Assembly: GCA_040218735.1 (NCBI GenBank)
Contig: JAVJQW010000022.1
Location: 96,001-160,000 of the forward strand
Direction: 5' to 3'
DNA: 64,000 nt
DNA from: Deltaproteobacteria bacterium
GTDB lineage: Bacteria; Myxococcota; Kuafuiibacteriia; Kuafuiibacteriales; Kuafuiibacteriaceae
Positions within the stretch are counted from its first letter, which is position 1; each line of letters begins with the position of its first letter. Shown in pieces: positions 19,698 through 29,725 of the stretch. A program made the position numbers and the translations under genes. The notes under the pieces were generated by a model. The model made no database searches. It was not told the DNA's origin and saw nothing but the letters and a program-made list of their open reading frames with translations.

Positions 19698-20723
19698 ATG
19701 GTTCAAGAGCCTCTGCTCCGCGGCGCCAACGCGCTGTACAAAGGTCAGACCCTCGCCAACGCGGCCCTCTCGAACGGGGCGCTCGCGGTGGCCTATCGGC
19801 TACTCGGGTGGGCGGGAGAACCTCCGCCGAAGGCGGCGCAACGCGCCTTGCAGCAGCGCTTCGACGCCATGATGGACACGGACTGGGAAAACGCCCGGGC
19901 CGGTTATTACCCGATGCGCTGGTTGTTCGCGTCGCCGTTCCTACGGCACGGCCGACAGCTCCCCCGCATCCTGCGCGACGCGCCGCGCGTGGTTCGTCGT
20001 CGCCGACAGGCGCGTCACGACGACCTCCCCCAGGACGTCGATCGCGCGAAGTACCCGCGCTACTACCTGCGCAACTTCCACTGGCAGACGGACGGCTGGT
20101 TCTCGTCACACTCCGCGGAGCTGTACGACGCTTCGGTCGAGGTGCTGTTCGGCGGCGCCGCGGACATGATGCGACGCATGGTCATCCCGCCGGTGGTCGA
20201 CGGGCTGGCGGGCGTCGCGGAGCCGCGCGTGCTCGACGTCGCGTGCGGCACGGGTGAGTTCCTGTCGCGGCTGAAGACCGCCCTCCCCCGCGGTCGCTTC
20301 ACGGGCCTGGATCTCTCCGAGGCGTACCTCGACCACGGTCGCCGAACGCACGGCGACGCCCACCTCGTGTGGGGCAACGCGGAGCGGATGCCGTTCGACG
20401 ACGCGAGCTTCGACGCGCTGACGTGCATCTTCCTCTTCCACGAGCTCCCGCGCGCCGTGCGCCGCACGGTGATGGCGGAGCTGCTCCGCGTCGTGCGCCC
20501 GGGCGGCCGCGTGGTGATCGAAGACTCGGCGCAGCTGGTGGAGAGCGGCGTCCTCGAGCACTTCCTGAAGCGCTTCCCGGTCGTCTACCACGAGCCCTTT
20601 TACGCCGATTACCTGAAGGACGACCTCGCCGAGGTCGCGCGTGGCGCGGGCTTCGAGGTGATCGAGAGCCGGCCGTACGTGGTGTCCAAGGTCGTGACCC
20701 TGCGCCGCCCCGCGGTGAACTGA
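19698..20723 (+). CDS. Class I SAM-dependent methyltransferase
   Basis: VLDVACGTG, GLDLS, NAERMPF..ASFD, FLFHELP and YYLRNFHWQTDGW motifs. Confidence 0.88.
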   Translation: MVQEPLLRGANALYKGQTLANAALSNGALAVAYRLLGWAGEPPPKAAQRALQQRFDAMMDTDWENARAGYYPMRWLFASPFLRHGRQLPRILRDAPRVVRRRRQARHDDLPQDVDRAKYPRYYLRNFHWQTDGWFSSHSAELYDASVEVLFGGAADMMRRMVIPPVVDGLAGVAEPRVLDVACGTGEFLSRLKTALPRGRFTGLDLSEAYLDHGRRTHGDAHLVWGNAERMPFDDASFDALTCIFLFHELPRAVRRTVMAELLRVVRPGGRVVIEDSAQLVESGVLEHFLKRFPVVYHEPFYADYLKDDLAEVARGAGFEVIESRPYVVSKVVTLRRPAVN

Positions 20724-20737
20724 AGCGGGACCGCGGG

Positions 20738-21691
20738 TCAGAACGGGAGCTTCGTTACCGCGGCCTTCGCCTTCGCGTCTCCCCACACGAGCTGGACCTC
20801 GGTGCCCTCCGCCTCGTTCTTCGTGTGGACGTAGCCGAGCGCGATGACGCCGTGGGCGTCGGAGCGGACGGCGCTCGTGACCTCGCCGGTGTCTTCTTCG
20901 CCGACGACGATCTTCGCGTCCTTCGGCGGGACGGTGTCGCCCTCGACGCGGAGCCCGACGAGGCGGTGTTTCACGCCGCCGAGGTTGTGGGCGCGCGCGA
21001 TGACCTCCTGGCCGACGTAGCAGCCCTTCGTGAAGCTGATCCAGTCCACGAGGTTGGCCTCGAGCGGGATGGTGTCGTCGTCGACGTCGACGCCGTCGCG
21101 TGCGACGCCCGACTCGACGCGCACGATGTCGAGGGAGTCTTCGTCCACCTCGATCGCGCCCGCGACGATCAGCGCCTTCACAGCGTCGTCGCCTTTACGC
21201 GGGAGCGCGAGGATCTCGTAACCCTCCACGCCGATCACGCCGTCGTCGCGCATGACGCGCACGTCGCCGACGTCGGCGTAGCTCAGGTCTTCGAGCGCCG
21301 GCACCGCCCACCCCGCTTCGGAGATCAGCTTGCGCGCCGAGGGCCCGTAGACCGCGATGACCTCGCGCGTGTCCGTCGCGTCGGACAACGTGACGTCGTC
21401 CATGATGATGAGTTTGTTGAGCTCGGTCGCGACGCGCTGGGCGGACGTCTCGAGGACGTCGATCAGATACGCGTCGTCCTCGGCGCGCACGCGCAGCATC
21501 CCCTCCACGCGTCCGCGGTTGTTCGGTTTGATCGCCCGCTGCATGCGGCCGGTCGCGAGCTTCGAGACGTCGCTCGTGATCATCCCGTTCAGGAATCGCT
21601 CGCGGTCGGGCCCCGCGATGCGCAGGGTGTAGAGGTCGTCCCGGCGGACGACGGCAGCGCCGTTGCGGATCGCTTCGACTTCTTCGTTCAC
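20738..21691 (-). CDS. ygfZ: YgfZ/GcvT-family folate-binding protein
   Basis: GPDRERFLNG and the YgfZ signature KGCYVGQE. Confidence 0.88.
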   Translation of the reverse strand: MNEEVEAIRNGAAVVRRDDLYTLRIAGPDRERFLNGMITSDVSKLATGRMQRAIKPNNRGRVEGMLRVRAEDDAYLIDVLETSAQRVATELNKLIIMDDVTLSDATDTREVIAVYGPSARKLISEAGWAVPALEDLSYADVGDVRVMRDDGVIGVEGYEILALPRKGDDAVKALIVAGAIEVDEDSLDIVRVESGVARDGVDVDDDTIPLEANLVDWISFTKGCYVGQEVIARAHNLGGVKHRLVGLRVEGDTVPPKDAKIVVGEEDTGEVTSAVRSDAHGVIALGYVHTKNEAEGTEVQLVWGDAKAKAAVTKLPF

Positions 21692-21698
21692 GGATCCC

Positions 21699-22349
21699 TC
21701 ACCAGTTCTTGCCGATGCGCTCCGCCGGCATCCCCGCCGTGACGAGCGCCTCGGTCACGCCCTCCATCATCGCCTTCATCCCGCAGATGTACGCAACCGC
21801 GTTGTCGACCGGAGGCGGGTCGGCGCGGAACTTGTCCTGCACCCACGGCTTGGAGACCGACTGCACGATGTCGATGCGGTCGCGCCGCCAGTCCTCGAAC
21901 TCCCCGCGGAACGCGAAGTCCTGGTCGGTGTGCGCGCCGACGTAGAGCGTGATGCGCCCGTACGCGGAGCGGTCCTTGCGGAGGAACTGGACGAGCGGGC
22001 GGATGGGCGCAATGGCCGAGCCGACCGCGAACAGGAGCACGTCGTTGCCCTTGGCCATCGCGACGTCGAAGCCGCGCCCCATCGGCGGGTCCATCGTGAT
22101 GGTCTTGCCCGGCTCGGGGCCGATCTTGCCCGCGGCGCCCGGTCCGAGGAGGACCTCCAGGTGGTCGTCGCCCGGCGAGGACGCGATCGCGAGGTAGACC
22201 TGGTCCTCGGGCGTGGGCCGGACCACGACGACCTGCCCGGGCGTCGCGTACTTCGCCCGCACGTCGTCGTCGCACTTCACACGGATCCTCAGGAGGCTCG
22301 GGGTCTCCTCCGTGACGGTCTCGATGGTGGCTTGGATGCTGTCGGCCAT
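21699..22349 (-). CDS. FAD/NAD(P)-binding oxidoreductase (FNR-like)
   Basis: PGQ, AIASSP, PMGRGF, AVGSAIAPIR and YICG..M motifs. Confidence 0.8.
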   Translation of the reverse strand: MADSIQATIETVTEETPSLLRIRVKCDDDVRAKYATPGQVVVVRPTPEDQVYLAIASSPGDDHLEVLLGPGAAGKIGPEPGKTITMDPPMGRGFDVAMAKGNDVLLFAVGSAIAPIRPLVQFLRKDRSAYGRITLYVGAHTDQDFAFRGEFEDWRRDRIDIVQSVSKPWVQDKFRADPPPVDNAVAYICGMKAMMEGVTEALVTAGMPAERIGKNW

Positions 22350-22390
22350 GGTCCGGCGAACCAACCACGAACCGCCTCCGCCATCCAGGC

Positions 22391-22434
22391 TTGCCAGAGC
22401 GGGGCTTTTTATTTATAACGAACGTTCGAAATAA
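22391..22434 (+). promoter_or_regulatory. Sigma70-type promoter with overlapping TetR-type operator
   Basis: TTGCCA (22391) - 17 bp - TATAAC (22414). Palindrome CGAACGTTCG (22419-22428) with AT-rich flanks sits just before the TetR start. Confidence 0.7.
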
Positions 22435-22438
22435 GAAA

Positions 22439-22990
22439 ATGCCTCGCCAAGTCGACCACGAAGCCTACCGGACGGACCTCGTCACCCGCTGCACGCCCCT
22501 CTTCGCCGAGCAGGGCTACACGTCGCTGACCATGCGGAAGATCGCCAAACACCTCGGCGTCTCGACGGGCACGCTCTACCACTACTTCCCGAACAAGGAG
22601 GCGCTGTTCAAACACGTCGCCCGGGCCGTCGCCGCCGAGGACCTCGGCCAGGCGCGCATCGCGATCCCCGAGGGCCTGTCGACCGCCGCCCGCGCCCGCG
22701 CGGTGCTCACCTACGTCGAGCTGATGGAGTCGTACTTCCTCCAGCAGAACCTCGTCCTCATCGAGTACTTCCGCACCGTCCCCGCCGAAGAGATCCGCAC
22801 CGACGTCGCGCTCCGCAGCGCCGCGGACTTCTACCAAGGCACCGTCGCCGAGCTCCTCGGCATCGACACCGACCGCGCCAAGGCGGTCCTCATGTTCCTC
22901 AAGGGGCTGATCCTCCAGCGCCTCTACGACGGCGGGCTCACTACGTTCGCCGACCAGGCCCCGTACCTCGAAGCCTTGCTCAACGATTGA
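22439..22990 (+). CDS. TetR/AcrR-family transcriptional regulator
   Basis: N-terminal HTH GYTSLTMRKIAKHLGVSTGTLYHYFPNKEALF. Confidence 0.93.
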   Translation: MPRQVDHEAYRTDLVTRCTPLFAEQGYTSLTMRKIAKHLGVSTGTLYHYFPNKEALFKHVARAVAAEDLGQARIAIPEGLSTAARARAVLTYVELMESYFLQQNLVLIEYFRTVPAEEIRTDVALRSAADFYQGTVAELLGIDTDRAKAVLMFLKGLILQRLYDGGLTTFADQAPYLEALLND

Positions 22991-23001
22991 AGGAGATGAC
23001 C

Positions 23002-24363
23002 ATGTCCGCTGCGCAAATCGCGACCCGTCTATTCAAAGGAACGCCGCGTCCGCCGGGCCCGGTCGGCCTCCCCTTCCTCGGCCCGATGTGGGCCTACCAG
23101 AAGGACCCGCTCGCCTTCATGCTCGACGCGAAGCACCGCTACGGCGACGTGGTGTTCACGCGCTTCGCCGGCTTCGGCGCGTACCTCGTGAGCAGCCCCG
23201 ACGGCATCGAGTACATCCTGCGGACGAACCGCGACAACTTCACGAAGAGCGCGCTCATCGAACGCTTCCGCGTCGTGCTGGGCGACGGGCTCCTCACCAG
23301 CAGCGGCCCGCTGTGGACGCGGCAACGGAAGCTCATCGCGCCCGCCTTCCACCACAAACGGGTGCAGTCGTACGTCGAAGCGATGACCGACGTGATCGAT
23401 CGCCACCTCTCGCAATGGCGCCCCGGCGATCGCGAGGTCACACAGGACATGATGCGGCTGACGCTCGACATCGCGGTCCGCACGCTCTTCGGCACCGCGA
23501 CCGGCGACGCCAGCGAGCGCGTCGGGCGCGCGCTCGAGACCGTCGTCGACTACTTCGCCGAGACGCTCTCCTATCCGCTCCCCATCCCGCTCTCCGTGCC
23601 GACGCCGCAGAACCGCCGCTTCCTCGGCGCGCGGGACGAGTTGTTCGACGTCGTCCAGCGCATCATCCGCGAGAAGCGCAAGAGCCCCGACGGCGACGAC
23701 CTGCTGTCGATGCTCCTCGCGCTCGAGGACGAGGACGGCCAGGGCATGAACGACCAGCAGCTGCAGGACGAGGTCCTCACGCTGCTCCTCGCCGGCCACG
23801 AGACCACCGCGCTGACGCTCACGTACACGTTCGATCTCCTCGCGCGTCACCCCGAGGAGGAGCGCGCCCTGCACGCGGAGGTCGACCGCGTGCTGGCGGA
23901 CCGCACCCCGACGCTGGAGGATCTGTCCGGCCTGGTTCGCGTGGAGCAGGTCGTGAAGGAGTCGATGCGTCTGTTCCCCCCGGCGGCCACGCTCATTCGG
24001 CAGGCGCAGGCGGACGACGTCGTGCTCGGGTGGCCGGTGCCGAAGGGCTCGCTCGTCGTGCTCCCGCAGTGGGTCACCCACCGCGACGCACGCTGGTTCG
24101 AATCCCCGGACGACTTCAAACCCGAGCGCTGGACCAAGGCGCTCGAAGAGCAGCTCCCGCGCTACGCGTACTTCCCGTTCGGGGGAGGCCCGCGCATCTG
24201 CATCGGGAGCGCGTTTGCGATGCTGGAGGCGCGGCTCGCGGTCGCGATGATCGCGCAGCGCTACACCCTCGCCCGGCTCGACGATCGCCCGTTGGATCTC
24301 CAGGCGTCGATCACCATCCGCCCCCGGAACGGCCTGACGATGCGCGCCGAACTGCGGCGGTGA
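23002..24363 (+). CDS. Cytochrome P450
   Basis: I-helix AGHETT, ExxR (ESMR), PERW and heme motif FGGGPRICIG. RBS AGGAG. Confidence 0.96.
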   Translation: MSAAQIATRLFKGTPRPPGPVGLPFLGPMWAYQKDPLAFMLDAKHRYGDVVFTRFAGFGAYLVSSPDGIEYILRTNRDNFTKSALIERFRVVLGDGLLTSSGPLWTRQRKLIAPAFHHKRVQSYVEAMTDVIDRHLSQWRPGDREVTQDMMRLTLDIAVRTLFGTATGDASERVGRALETVVDYFAETLSYPLPIPLSVPTPQNRRFLGARDELFDVVQRIIREKRKSPDGDDLLSMLLALEDEDGQGMNDQQLQDEVLTLLLAGHETTALTLTYTFDLLARHPEEERALHAEVDRVLADRTPTLEDLSGLVRVEQVVKESMRLFPPAATLIRQAQADDVVLGWPVPKGSLVVLPQWVTHRDARWFESPDDFKPERWTKALEEQLPRYAYFPFGGGPRICIGSAFAMLEARLAVAMIAQRYTLARLDDRPLDLQASITIRPRNGLTMRAELRR

Positions 24364-24364
24364 G

Positions 24365-25315
24365 TCAGGACCAGGGGAGCGCCTTGCGCGTCGACCAGTA
24401 GTCGGCGGGCGCCTCGGCGTCGTCGAACACCGCCTCGTCCACCTCGAGGTCCCGCGCGGCGAGGTTGGCGTCGAGCTGGGCCGGCGTGACGGCGCCGCTC
24501 AGGACGACGTCGACCCAAGAGCGGGACGCGATCGCCGCGAGCGCGACGGCGTCCACCGTGACGTCGTTCGCCGCCGCGATCGACCGCAACACTTCCTGCT
24601 TCGCCGAGGCCAATGTTGCGAGGCCGCGCTCGGTGAGGCGTCCATTGGCGACGCCCTCCTTCACGATCACCGCGAGCCCTTCGCCGTGCGCGGTCTCGAG
24701 CGCAGCGCCCGCGCTCGTCTCGAGCACGTTGTACGTCGCCTGCACGGCGTCGAAGAGGCGCCGTCCCTCGACCTCGATCTCGAGCGCTCGCTTCAGTGTA
24801 TCGGCCTGACCGACACCCGAGAGCGACAGCCCGATCAAAAAGCCGTGCTCCGCGCGCAGGGCGTGGAGGCGTTCGTGCACGTCGGCATCGTCGAGGACGC
24901 CGCTGTCCAGCGTCGCCGAGTGGATCTGATAGAGGCCGAGTCGATCGCCGAGCAACGCGCGCGACTCGGCCTGTTGTCGGTCGAGCACCGCGAGGCCGTG
25001 GTCCTTCACCTCGTGGACGTCGGCGTCGACCGTCCAGTCCGCGGTGTACGTGTAGCCCCACTTCGAGCTGATGGTCGGGCGGTGCCCACGGGCGTCGAGC
25101 CAAGAAGCGAGGAAACGCTCTGCGTAGCCGTAGGATCGCGCGGTGTCGACGTGGCGGACCCCGACCGACCACGCGTGGTCGAGGAGCGCGTGCGCCCGGC
25201 GTTCGAAGGTCGCGACGGATCGGTCCTCGCCGAGGTCCGCGTCACGTCCGAGGGTGATGTAGCCGGGGCGGCCGATCGCGGCGAGGCCGAGGCCGAAGCG
25301 GGAAGCGAAGCGCAC
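24365..25315 (-). CDS. Aldo/keto reductase
   Basis: DTARSYG, SKWG, YQIHSA and VLSGAVTPAQLDANL motifs. Confidence 0.88.
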   Translation of the reverse strand: MRFASRFGLGLAAIGRPGYITLGRDADLGEDRSVATFERRAHALLDHAWSVGVRHVDTARSYGYAERFLASWLDARGHRPTISSKWGYTYTADWTVDADVHEVKDHGLAVLDRQQAESRALLGDRLGLYQIHSATLDSGVLDDADVHERLHALRAEHGFLIGLSLSGVGQADTLKRALEIEVEGRRLFDAVQATYNVLETSAGAALETAHGEGLAVIVKEGVANGRLTERGLATLASAKQEVLRSIAAANDVTVDAVALAAIASRSWVDVVLSGAVTPAQLDANLAARDLEVDEAVFDDAEAPADYWSTRKALPWS

Positions 25316-25348
25316 GCGGCGAGGTTAGGCCGCGCGCGCTGGTCGACG

Positions 25349-26974
25349 CTACTGGCAGAGGTTCGTCATCGGGTTGCAGCTCTGACCCGGTGCGCAGTCC
25401 GCGTTCGTCATGCACGGCGTGCCGTTGCTCGGCGGGCCACACGTCGCGGTGCTCGGGTCGCAGACCTCACCCATCGGGCAGTCCGCGTCCGTCATGCACC
25501 CGTTACCGCTCCCCGGGCCGCAGGTCGCCGTCGCGGGGTCACAGACCTGGTTCGGCGGGCAGTCGGCGTTGGTCATGCAGCCGTTGCTGTTGCCCGGCAC
25601 GCACTGGTTCGTCATCGGGTCGCACTGCTGGCCCGGCGCGCAGTCGGCGTTCGAGGTGCAGCCGTTGCTGTTGCCCGGCACACACTGCGCCGTGTTCTGG
25701 TCGCAGATCTCGCCCATCGGGCAGTCCGCGTCCGTCATGCACGCGTTGCCGGTGTTCCCGACGCACTGCGCAGTCATGGGATCACACACCTGGTTCGGCG
25801 GGCAATCGGCGTCCGTCATGCAGCCGTTGCTGTTCCCAGGCACGCACTGGTTCGTCATCGGGTCGCACTGTTGGCCCGGCGCGCAGTCGGCGTTCGAGGT
25901 GCAGCCGTTGTTGTTCCCCGGCACACACTGCGCCGTGTTCGGATCACACACCTCGCCCATCGGGCAGTCCGCGTCCGTCATGCACGCGTTGCTGTTGCCC
26001 GGTACGCACTGGTTCGTCATCGGATCGCAGATCTGATTCGCCGGGCAGTCCGCGTCCGTCATGCAGCCGTTGTTGTTCCCCGGCACGCACTGGTTCGTCA
26101 TTGGGTCACAGACCTGGCTGGGTGCGCAGTCGGCGTTCGAAGTGCAGCCGTTGTTGTTCCCCGGCGTGCACTGCTGCGTGTTCGGGTCGCAGATCTGACC
26201 CATCGGGCAGTCGGCGTTCGAAGTGCAGCCGTTGTTGTTCCCCGGCACGCACTGGTTCGTCATCGGGTTGCACTGCTGGTTCGCCGGGCAGTCGGCGTCG
26301 GTCATGCAGCCGTTCGAAGAGCCCGGCACGCACTGCGCGGTGCTCGGGTCGCAGACCTGGTTGGCGGGGCAGTCGGCGTCGGACATGCAGACGTTGCTGT
26401 TTCCCGGCACACACTGCGCGACGCTGGGATCGCAGACCTGGCTCGGCGGGCAGTCGGCGTTGGTCATGCACGCGTTCGGCGCGGTGCCGCAGGTGCCGTT
26501 GGTGCAGAGCTGCCCCATCAGGCAGTCTGCGTCGCTCGTACACTGCGCCGCGGAGTTGAACATGCCGTAGGTCGAGAAGTGCTCGAGCGCGCCGCGCGCG
26601 ACGCCGCCTTCGATCGTCTGGTTCGCGAGCGGCACGGGTCGCTCCGGATCCGCCCACGCGAGGACGACGTCCGTGCGGCCGCCGGTGCGCAACGCCAGCG
26701 TCGCGTCGTTCGTGAACGTGAGCCCGTCCGGGCCGAAGTCGTACAGGCGCGACACGAGGTCGGCGCGCTCGACGCTGCGAACCTCGATCGTGATCTCGGT
26801 GGTGGTGTCGAGGGCGCCCGCCGGGATGACGAGCTCCGCGATGCCGTCGGCGCTCATCAGCTTGCCGCCGTCGGGGCCGATCGATGCGCCGGTGCGTTCG
26901 ATCAACACGGTTTCTTGAGTGCACGCCGAAACGAGCAGCGGGAGGAGAACAGCGAGTGTAGTTCGGACGTTCAT
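25349..26974 (-). CDS. Lipoprotein with ZU5-like N-terminal domain and 15 Cys-rich repeats
   Basis: Lipobox LLVSAC, then IGPDGG..LVIPAGAL..FGPDGLTF..HFSTY, followed by C-x5-C-x5-C-x6-C repeats. Confidence 0.85.
   Translation of the reverse strand: MNVRTTLAVLLPLLVSACTQETVLIERTGASIGPDGGKLMSADGIAELVIPAGALDTTTEITIEVRSVERADLVSRLYDFGPDGLTFTNDATLALRTGGRTDVVLAWADPERPVPLANQTIEGGVARGALEHFSTYGMFNSAAQCTSDADCLMGQLCTNGTCGTAPNACMTNADCPPSQVCDPSVAQCVPGNSNVCMSDADCPANQVCDPSTAQCVPGSSNGCMTDADCPANQQCNPMTNQCVPGNNNGCTSNADCPMGQICDPNTQQCTPGNNNGCTSNADCAPSQVCDPMTNQCVPGNNNGCMTDADCPANQICDPMTNQCVPGNSNACMTDADCPMGEVCDPNTAQCVPGNNNGCTSNADCAPGQQCDPMTNQCVPGNSNGCMTDADCPPNQVCDPMTAQCVGNTGNACMTDADCPMGEICDQNTAQCVPGNSNGCTSNADCAPGQQCDPMTNQCVPGNSNGCMTNADCPPNQVCDPATATCGPGSGNGCMTDADCPMGEVCDPSTATCGPPSNGTPCMTNADCAPGQSCNPMTNLCQ
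25352..26542 (-). repeat. Intragenic ~81-bp tandem repeat x15 with 3-unit higher-order periodicity
   Basis: Consensus CMTDADCPxxQxCDPxTxQCVPGNxNG. Variants PMG / AP / PxNQ recur in order. Confidence 0.9.
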
Positions 26975-26999
26975 CATCATTCCTTTGTCCAGAGTCCGG

Positions 27000-27031
27000 C
27001 CGTGGGTTGCCGGCACTCGCGGATGTGTTCA
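27000..27031 (-). promoter_or_regulatory. Putative ECF sigma promoter (copy 1) upstream of the Cys-rich lipoprotein gene
   Basis: Minus strand TGAACA-N9-GTGCCGGCAACCCACGG, with the same motif and spacing at 29726-29757. Confidence 0.7.
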
Positions 27032-29131
27032 TTCGTCCGCTTCGATTTTCTCCAACGCCGCGCGGAGCGCGGTCTCGTCGTCTACGTCGCGCGCCTCGTG
27101 CGCCGCACGAATCGCGACGACGTGCGCACGGATCCGAATCGATCGCGCCTGCGACGGACCGAGGAGCGGCGCCACGACGCGACGCGCGAGCGCGGCGTCC
27201 TCGTTCACGAGGCGCGCCCCGATCGTCAGCCGCGCGGAGCGCACCGCGAAGCTCGACGTCCCCGCGGCCTCCAGCGTCTGCACCGCGAACGCAAAGCGCC
27301 CCGCCTCCACCGCGAGCTGCGCCGTCAGCACGGCGCGCTCCGGACCGAGCCGTCCGGCACCGAAGCGACGCTGCGACGACGCGAGCAACGCGAGCGCCCC
27401 CTCGAGGTCCCCGGCGGCGCCGAGCATCTCCGCGCGACGCCAGAGCGCCTCCTCCGCGAGGGCCGGCGAGGTCGACGCGTTGGCGTAGGCATCGGCGGCG
27501 GCCGCGAAGTCATTCGCGCGGCGGCGCTTGTCGCCGAGCACGAGCCAGGCCTTCGGCGTGCGCGGGGGGGCGTCGGCGTGCTCAGGAGAGGCGCCATCCG
27601 CGGGGTCCGTGATGGAGTCGCCGGGTTCGTCCTTGCGTGGTCCGTTGTCCGCAGTGGCGTCGTCGCGCGGAGCGCCGTCCGCGGACCGCGTGGCGGGTTC
27701 ATCGCGCTGTTCCCCACGCGAAGCGCCGTCGGCGGAGCGCGCGGTGGGCGCGTCGCGCTGTGCCCCACGCGAAGCGCCGTCCGCGGACCGCGTGGCGGGT
27801 TCATCACGTTCGTCGTCTTGCGGAGCGCCGTCCGCCGCGCCCGCGGACGGTCCGTCACGCGCGCCCTCTGCCGACGTGCGCGCGTCGGCGGGGGAGCCGT
27901 CGGCGCGCGCGCCGGGCGCTCGTGCGGAGGGGTCGTCCGAAGGCCGCGCGGCCGCACCCTCGCGCGCGCTCCGGGCTTCGGCGGACGCGCGCGCGCTGGG
28001 CGCGTCGCGTGCGGCCGCGGCCCCGCCAACCTTGGCGTTCACCGCGGGCGTATCGCGTGCGGGGGGAGCTTCGGTGGAAGCGTCATCCGCAGCGTGCGGA
28101 CTGGAGCCATCGCGCGCGGCCCGCGCTTCGGCCGACGTGCCTGCCGAGCGCACCGCCGACGCTTCGCGCGCCGCCCGAGCTTCGTCCGAAGCGCGCACAT
28201 GGGGAGCGTCGCCTGAAGGGAGCGCGCCGTCCGTGGAGCGCGCACCCGACGCGCCGCGTGAGGCCGGCGCCCCGTCCGCGTCGCGCGTTCGTTCGTGCCG
28301 TGCGGATGCGTTCATCGCAACGTGGTCGCCCACGTCATCGGCCGCCCTCGCGCCGGCCGGGTCGGTGCCCTCGGAGCGCGCCGTCGTCGTTCCGACTTCG
28401 TCACGCGCCGCAGACGCAGCGTCGCTCGCCCCCGCGACGTCGCGCGGGATCCGGATCGACTGCCGCGCCGCCACGCGATGGAGCCGCGCGCCCTCGGTCG
28501 CCTCGACGACGCCCTCCTCCACCGACAGCTCCGTGCGTGCGGCCAACACGCGCACGGTGAAGCGCGTGCCGACGACGCGGATCGTCGTGTGCGGCGTCGA
28601 CACCCAGAACCCACCGTCCCGCGGCGCGACGTCGAAGCGCATCGTCCCGAGCAGCACCCGGACCTCGGAGCGCGCGTCCAGGTCGACGACGAACGTCGCG
28701 CCGTCCGGCGCAGCCAAGGCGGCGTCGGCGAAGACGAGCTTGGTCCCCGCCTCGGCCACGAGCTCGGCCCGCAACGGCAACGCACCCTCCACCGCCGCGC
28801 CGGCGTGGAGAACGCGCCCCTGCACCACCGGCGACGAAGGCCACAGGATCAACGCAGCGCACAGCGCCACCGCGGCCGCGGCGACGGGCCACGCGATCCA
28901 CGTCGGCCGACGCCGCGACACCTTCGCGTCCACGCCGAGCCGCAGCGCGCGCAGCTGATCGGCGTCGGGCTCGCGGGCGTTCTCGCGGAGGATCGTGCGC
29001 GCGTCGTGCAACACCTCGAAGGCGCGCTCACACTCGACACACTTCGCCGCGTGGCGCGTGAACGACGCGCGCTCCTCCTTGGCGAGGAACTCGAAACGGG
29101 CGGCCTCCACGGTGCGCGGGCAACGGCTCAC
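27029..29131 (-). CDS. Anti-sigma factor: ZAS motif, TM helix, FecR domain, low-complexity linker, TPR-like C-terminus
   Basis: HxxxCxxC (HAAKCVEC), hydrophobic segment and FecR motif VVGTRFTV..SVEEGVV. GTG start overlaps the sigma stop (GTGA). Linker has 17-aa repeats RDEPATRSADGASRG. Confidence 0.8.
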   Translation of the reverse strand: MSRCPRTVEAARFEFLAKEERASFTRHAAKCVECERAFEVLHDARTILRENAREPDADQLRALRLGVDAKVSRRRPTWIAWPVAAAAVALCAALILWPSSPVVQGRVLHAGAAVEGALPLRAELVAEAGTKLVFADAALAAPDGATFVVDLDARSEVRVLLGTMRFDVAPRDGGFWVSTPHTTIRVVGTRFTVRVLAARTELSVEEGVVEATEGARLHRVAARQSIRIPRDVAGASDAASAARDEVGTTTARSEGTDPAGARAADDVGDHVAMNASARHERTRDADGAPASRGASGARSTDGALPSGDAPHVRASDEARAAREASAVRSAGTSAEARAARDGSSPHAADDASTEAPPARDTPAVNAKVGGAAAARDAPSARASAEARSAREGAAARPSDDPSARAPGARADGSPADARTSAEGARDGPSAGAADGAPQDDERDEPATRSADGASRGAQRDAPTARSADGASRGEQRDEPATRSADGAPRDDATADNGPRKDEPGDSITDPADGASPEHADAPPRTPKAWLVLGDKRRRANDFAAAADAYANASTSPALAEEALWRRAEMLGAAGDLEGALALLASSQRRFGAGRLGPERAVLTAQLAVEAGRFAFAVQTLEAAGTSSFAVRSARLTIGARLVNEDAALARRVVAPLLGPSQARSIRIRAHVVAIRAAHEARDVDDETALRAALEKIEADE

Positions 29132-29676
29132 CGCTGGCCTCCCATCTTCTCGTAGAGCGCCATCAGCTCCTTGCGCGCGTGGTACAGGCGCGTGCGCACC
29201 GTCGCCTCGTTGATGTCGAGCGCCTCCGCGACCTCCTTGCCGCTGAGCCCTTCGACTTCGTAGAGCACGTACACCACGCGCTTCTTCGCGGGGATCTGCA
29301 TCAGGCAACGCCACACGCGCATCAGCTCGGCGCGCTCCGCGACGGTTCGCTCGACGTCCGGGCTCCGATCGACGATCGGCTCCGCCTCCACCGCCTGCTT
29401 CAGGCGACGACGGCGGCGCCAGGAGCGCAGGTGCATCAGCACCGTCCGCGTCGCGATGCCGTAGAGCCAGGTCTCGACCTTCGCGTCGCCCCTGAACCGC
29501 GGCAACGCGCGATGCGCGCCGAGGAAGACGTCCTGTGCGATGTCCTGCACGTCTGCGTCACTCGCCCCCGGGCCGAGCAGGCTCGCGACCATTCGATACA
29601 CGCGTGCACCGTGTTGCCGAACCAGCTGGTCGATCGTCAGCGTCGACCCCCCAAGTTCGGTCACCTCCTGGTGCAT
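29128..29676 (-). CDS. ECF RNA polymerase sigma factor
   Basis: DVQDIAQDVF, FRGDAKVETWLYGIA and region 4 EGLSGKEVAEALDINEATVRTRL. Confidence 0.93.
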   Translation of the reverse strand: MHQEVTELGGSTLTIDQLVRQHGARVYRMVASLLGPGASDADVQDIAQDVFLGAHRALPRFRGDAKVETWLYGIATRTVLMHLRSWRRRRRLKQAVEAEPIVDRSPDVERTVAERAELMRVWRCLMQIPAKKRVVYVLYEVEGLSGKEVAEALDINEATVRTRLYHARKELMALYEKMGGQR

Positions 29677-29725
29677 GGGGCTCGTTATCGAGCGGGTCAA
29701 ACCGGACTCGCTACCCTTCGGGTGA

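Noticed and set aside
24094-24108. GGTTCGAATCCC resembling a tRNA T-loop
   Set aside because: It lies inside the P450 coding sequence with no cloverleaf around it.
25352-26542. Regular 81-bp repeats as a possible CRISPR array
   Set aside because: They are coding repeats without unique spacers, and no cas genes are present.
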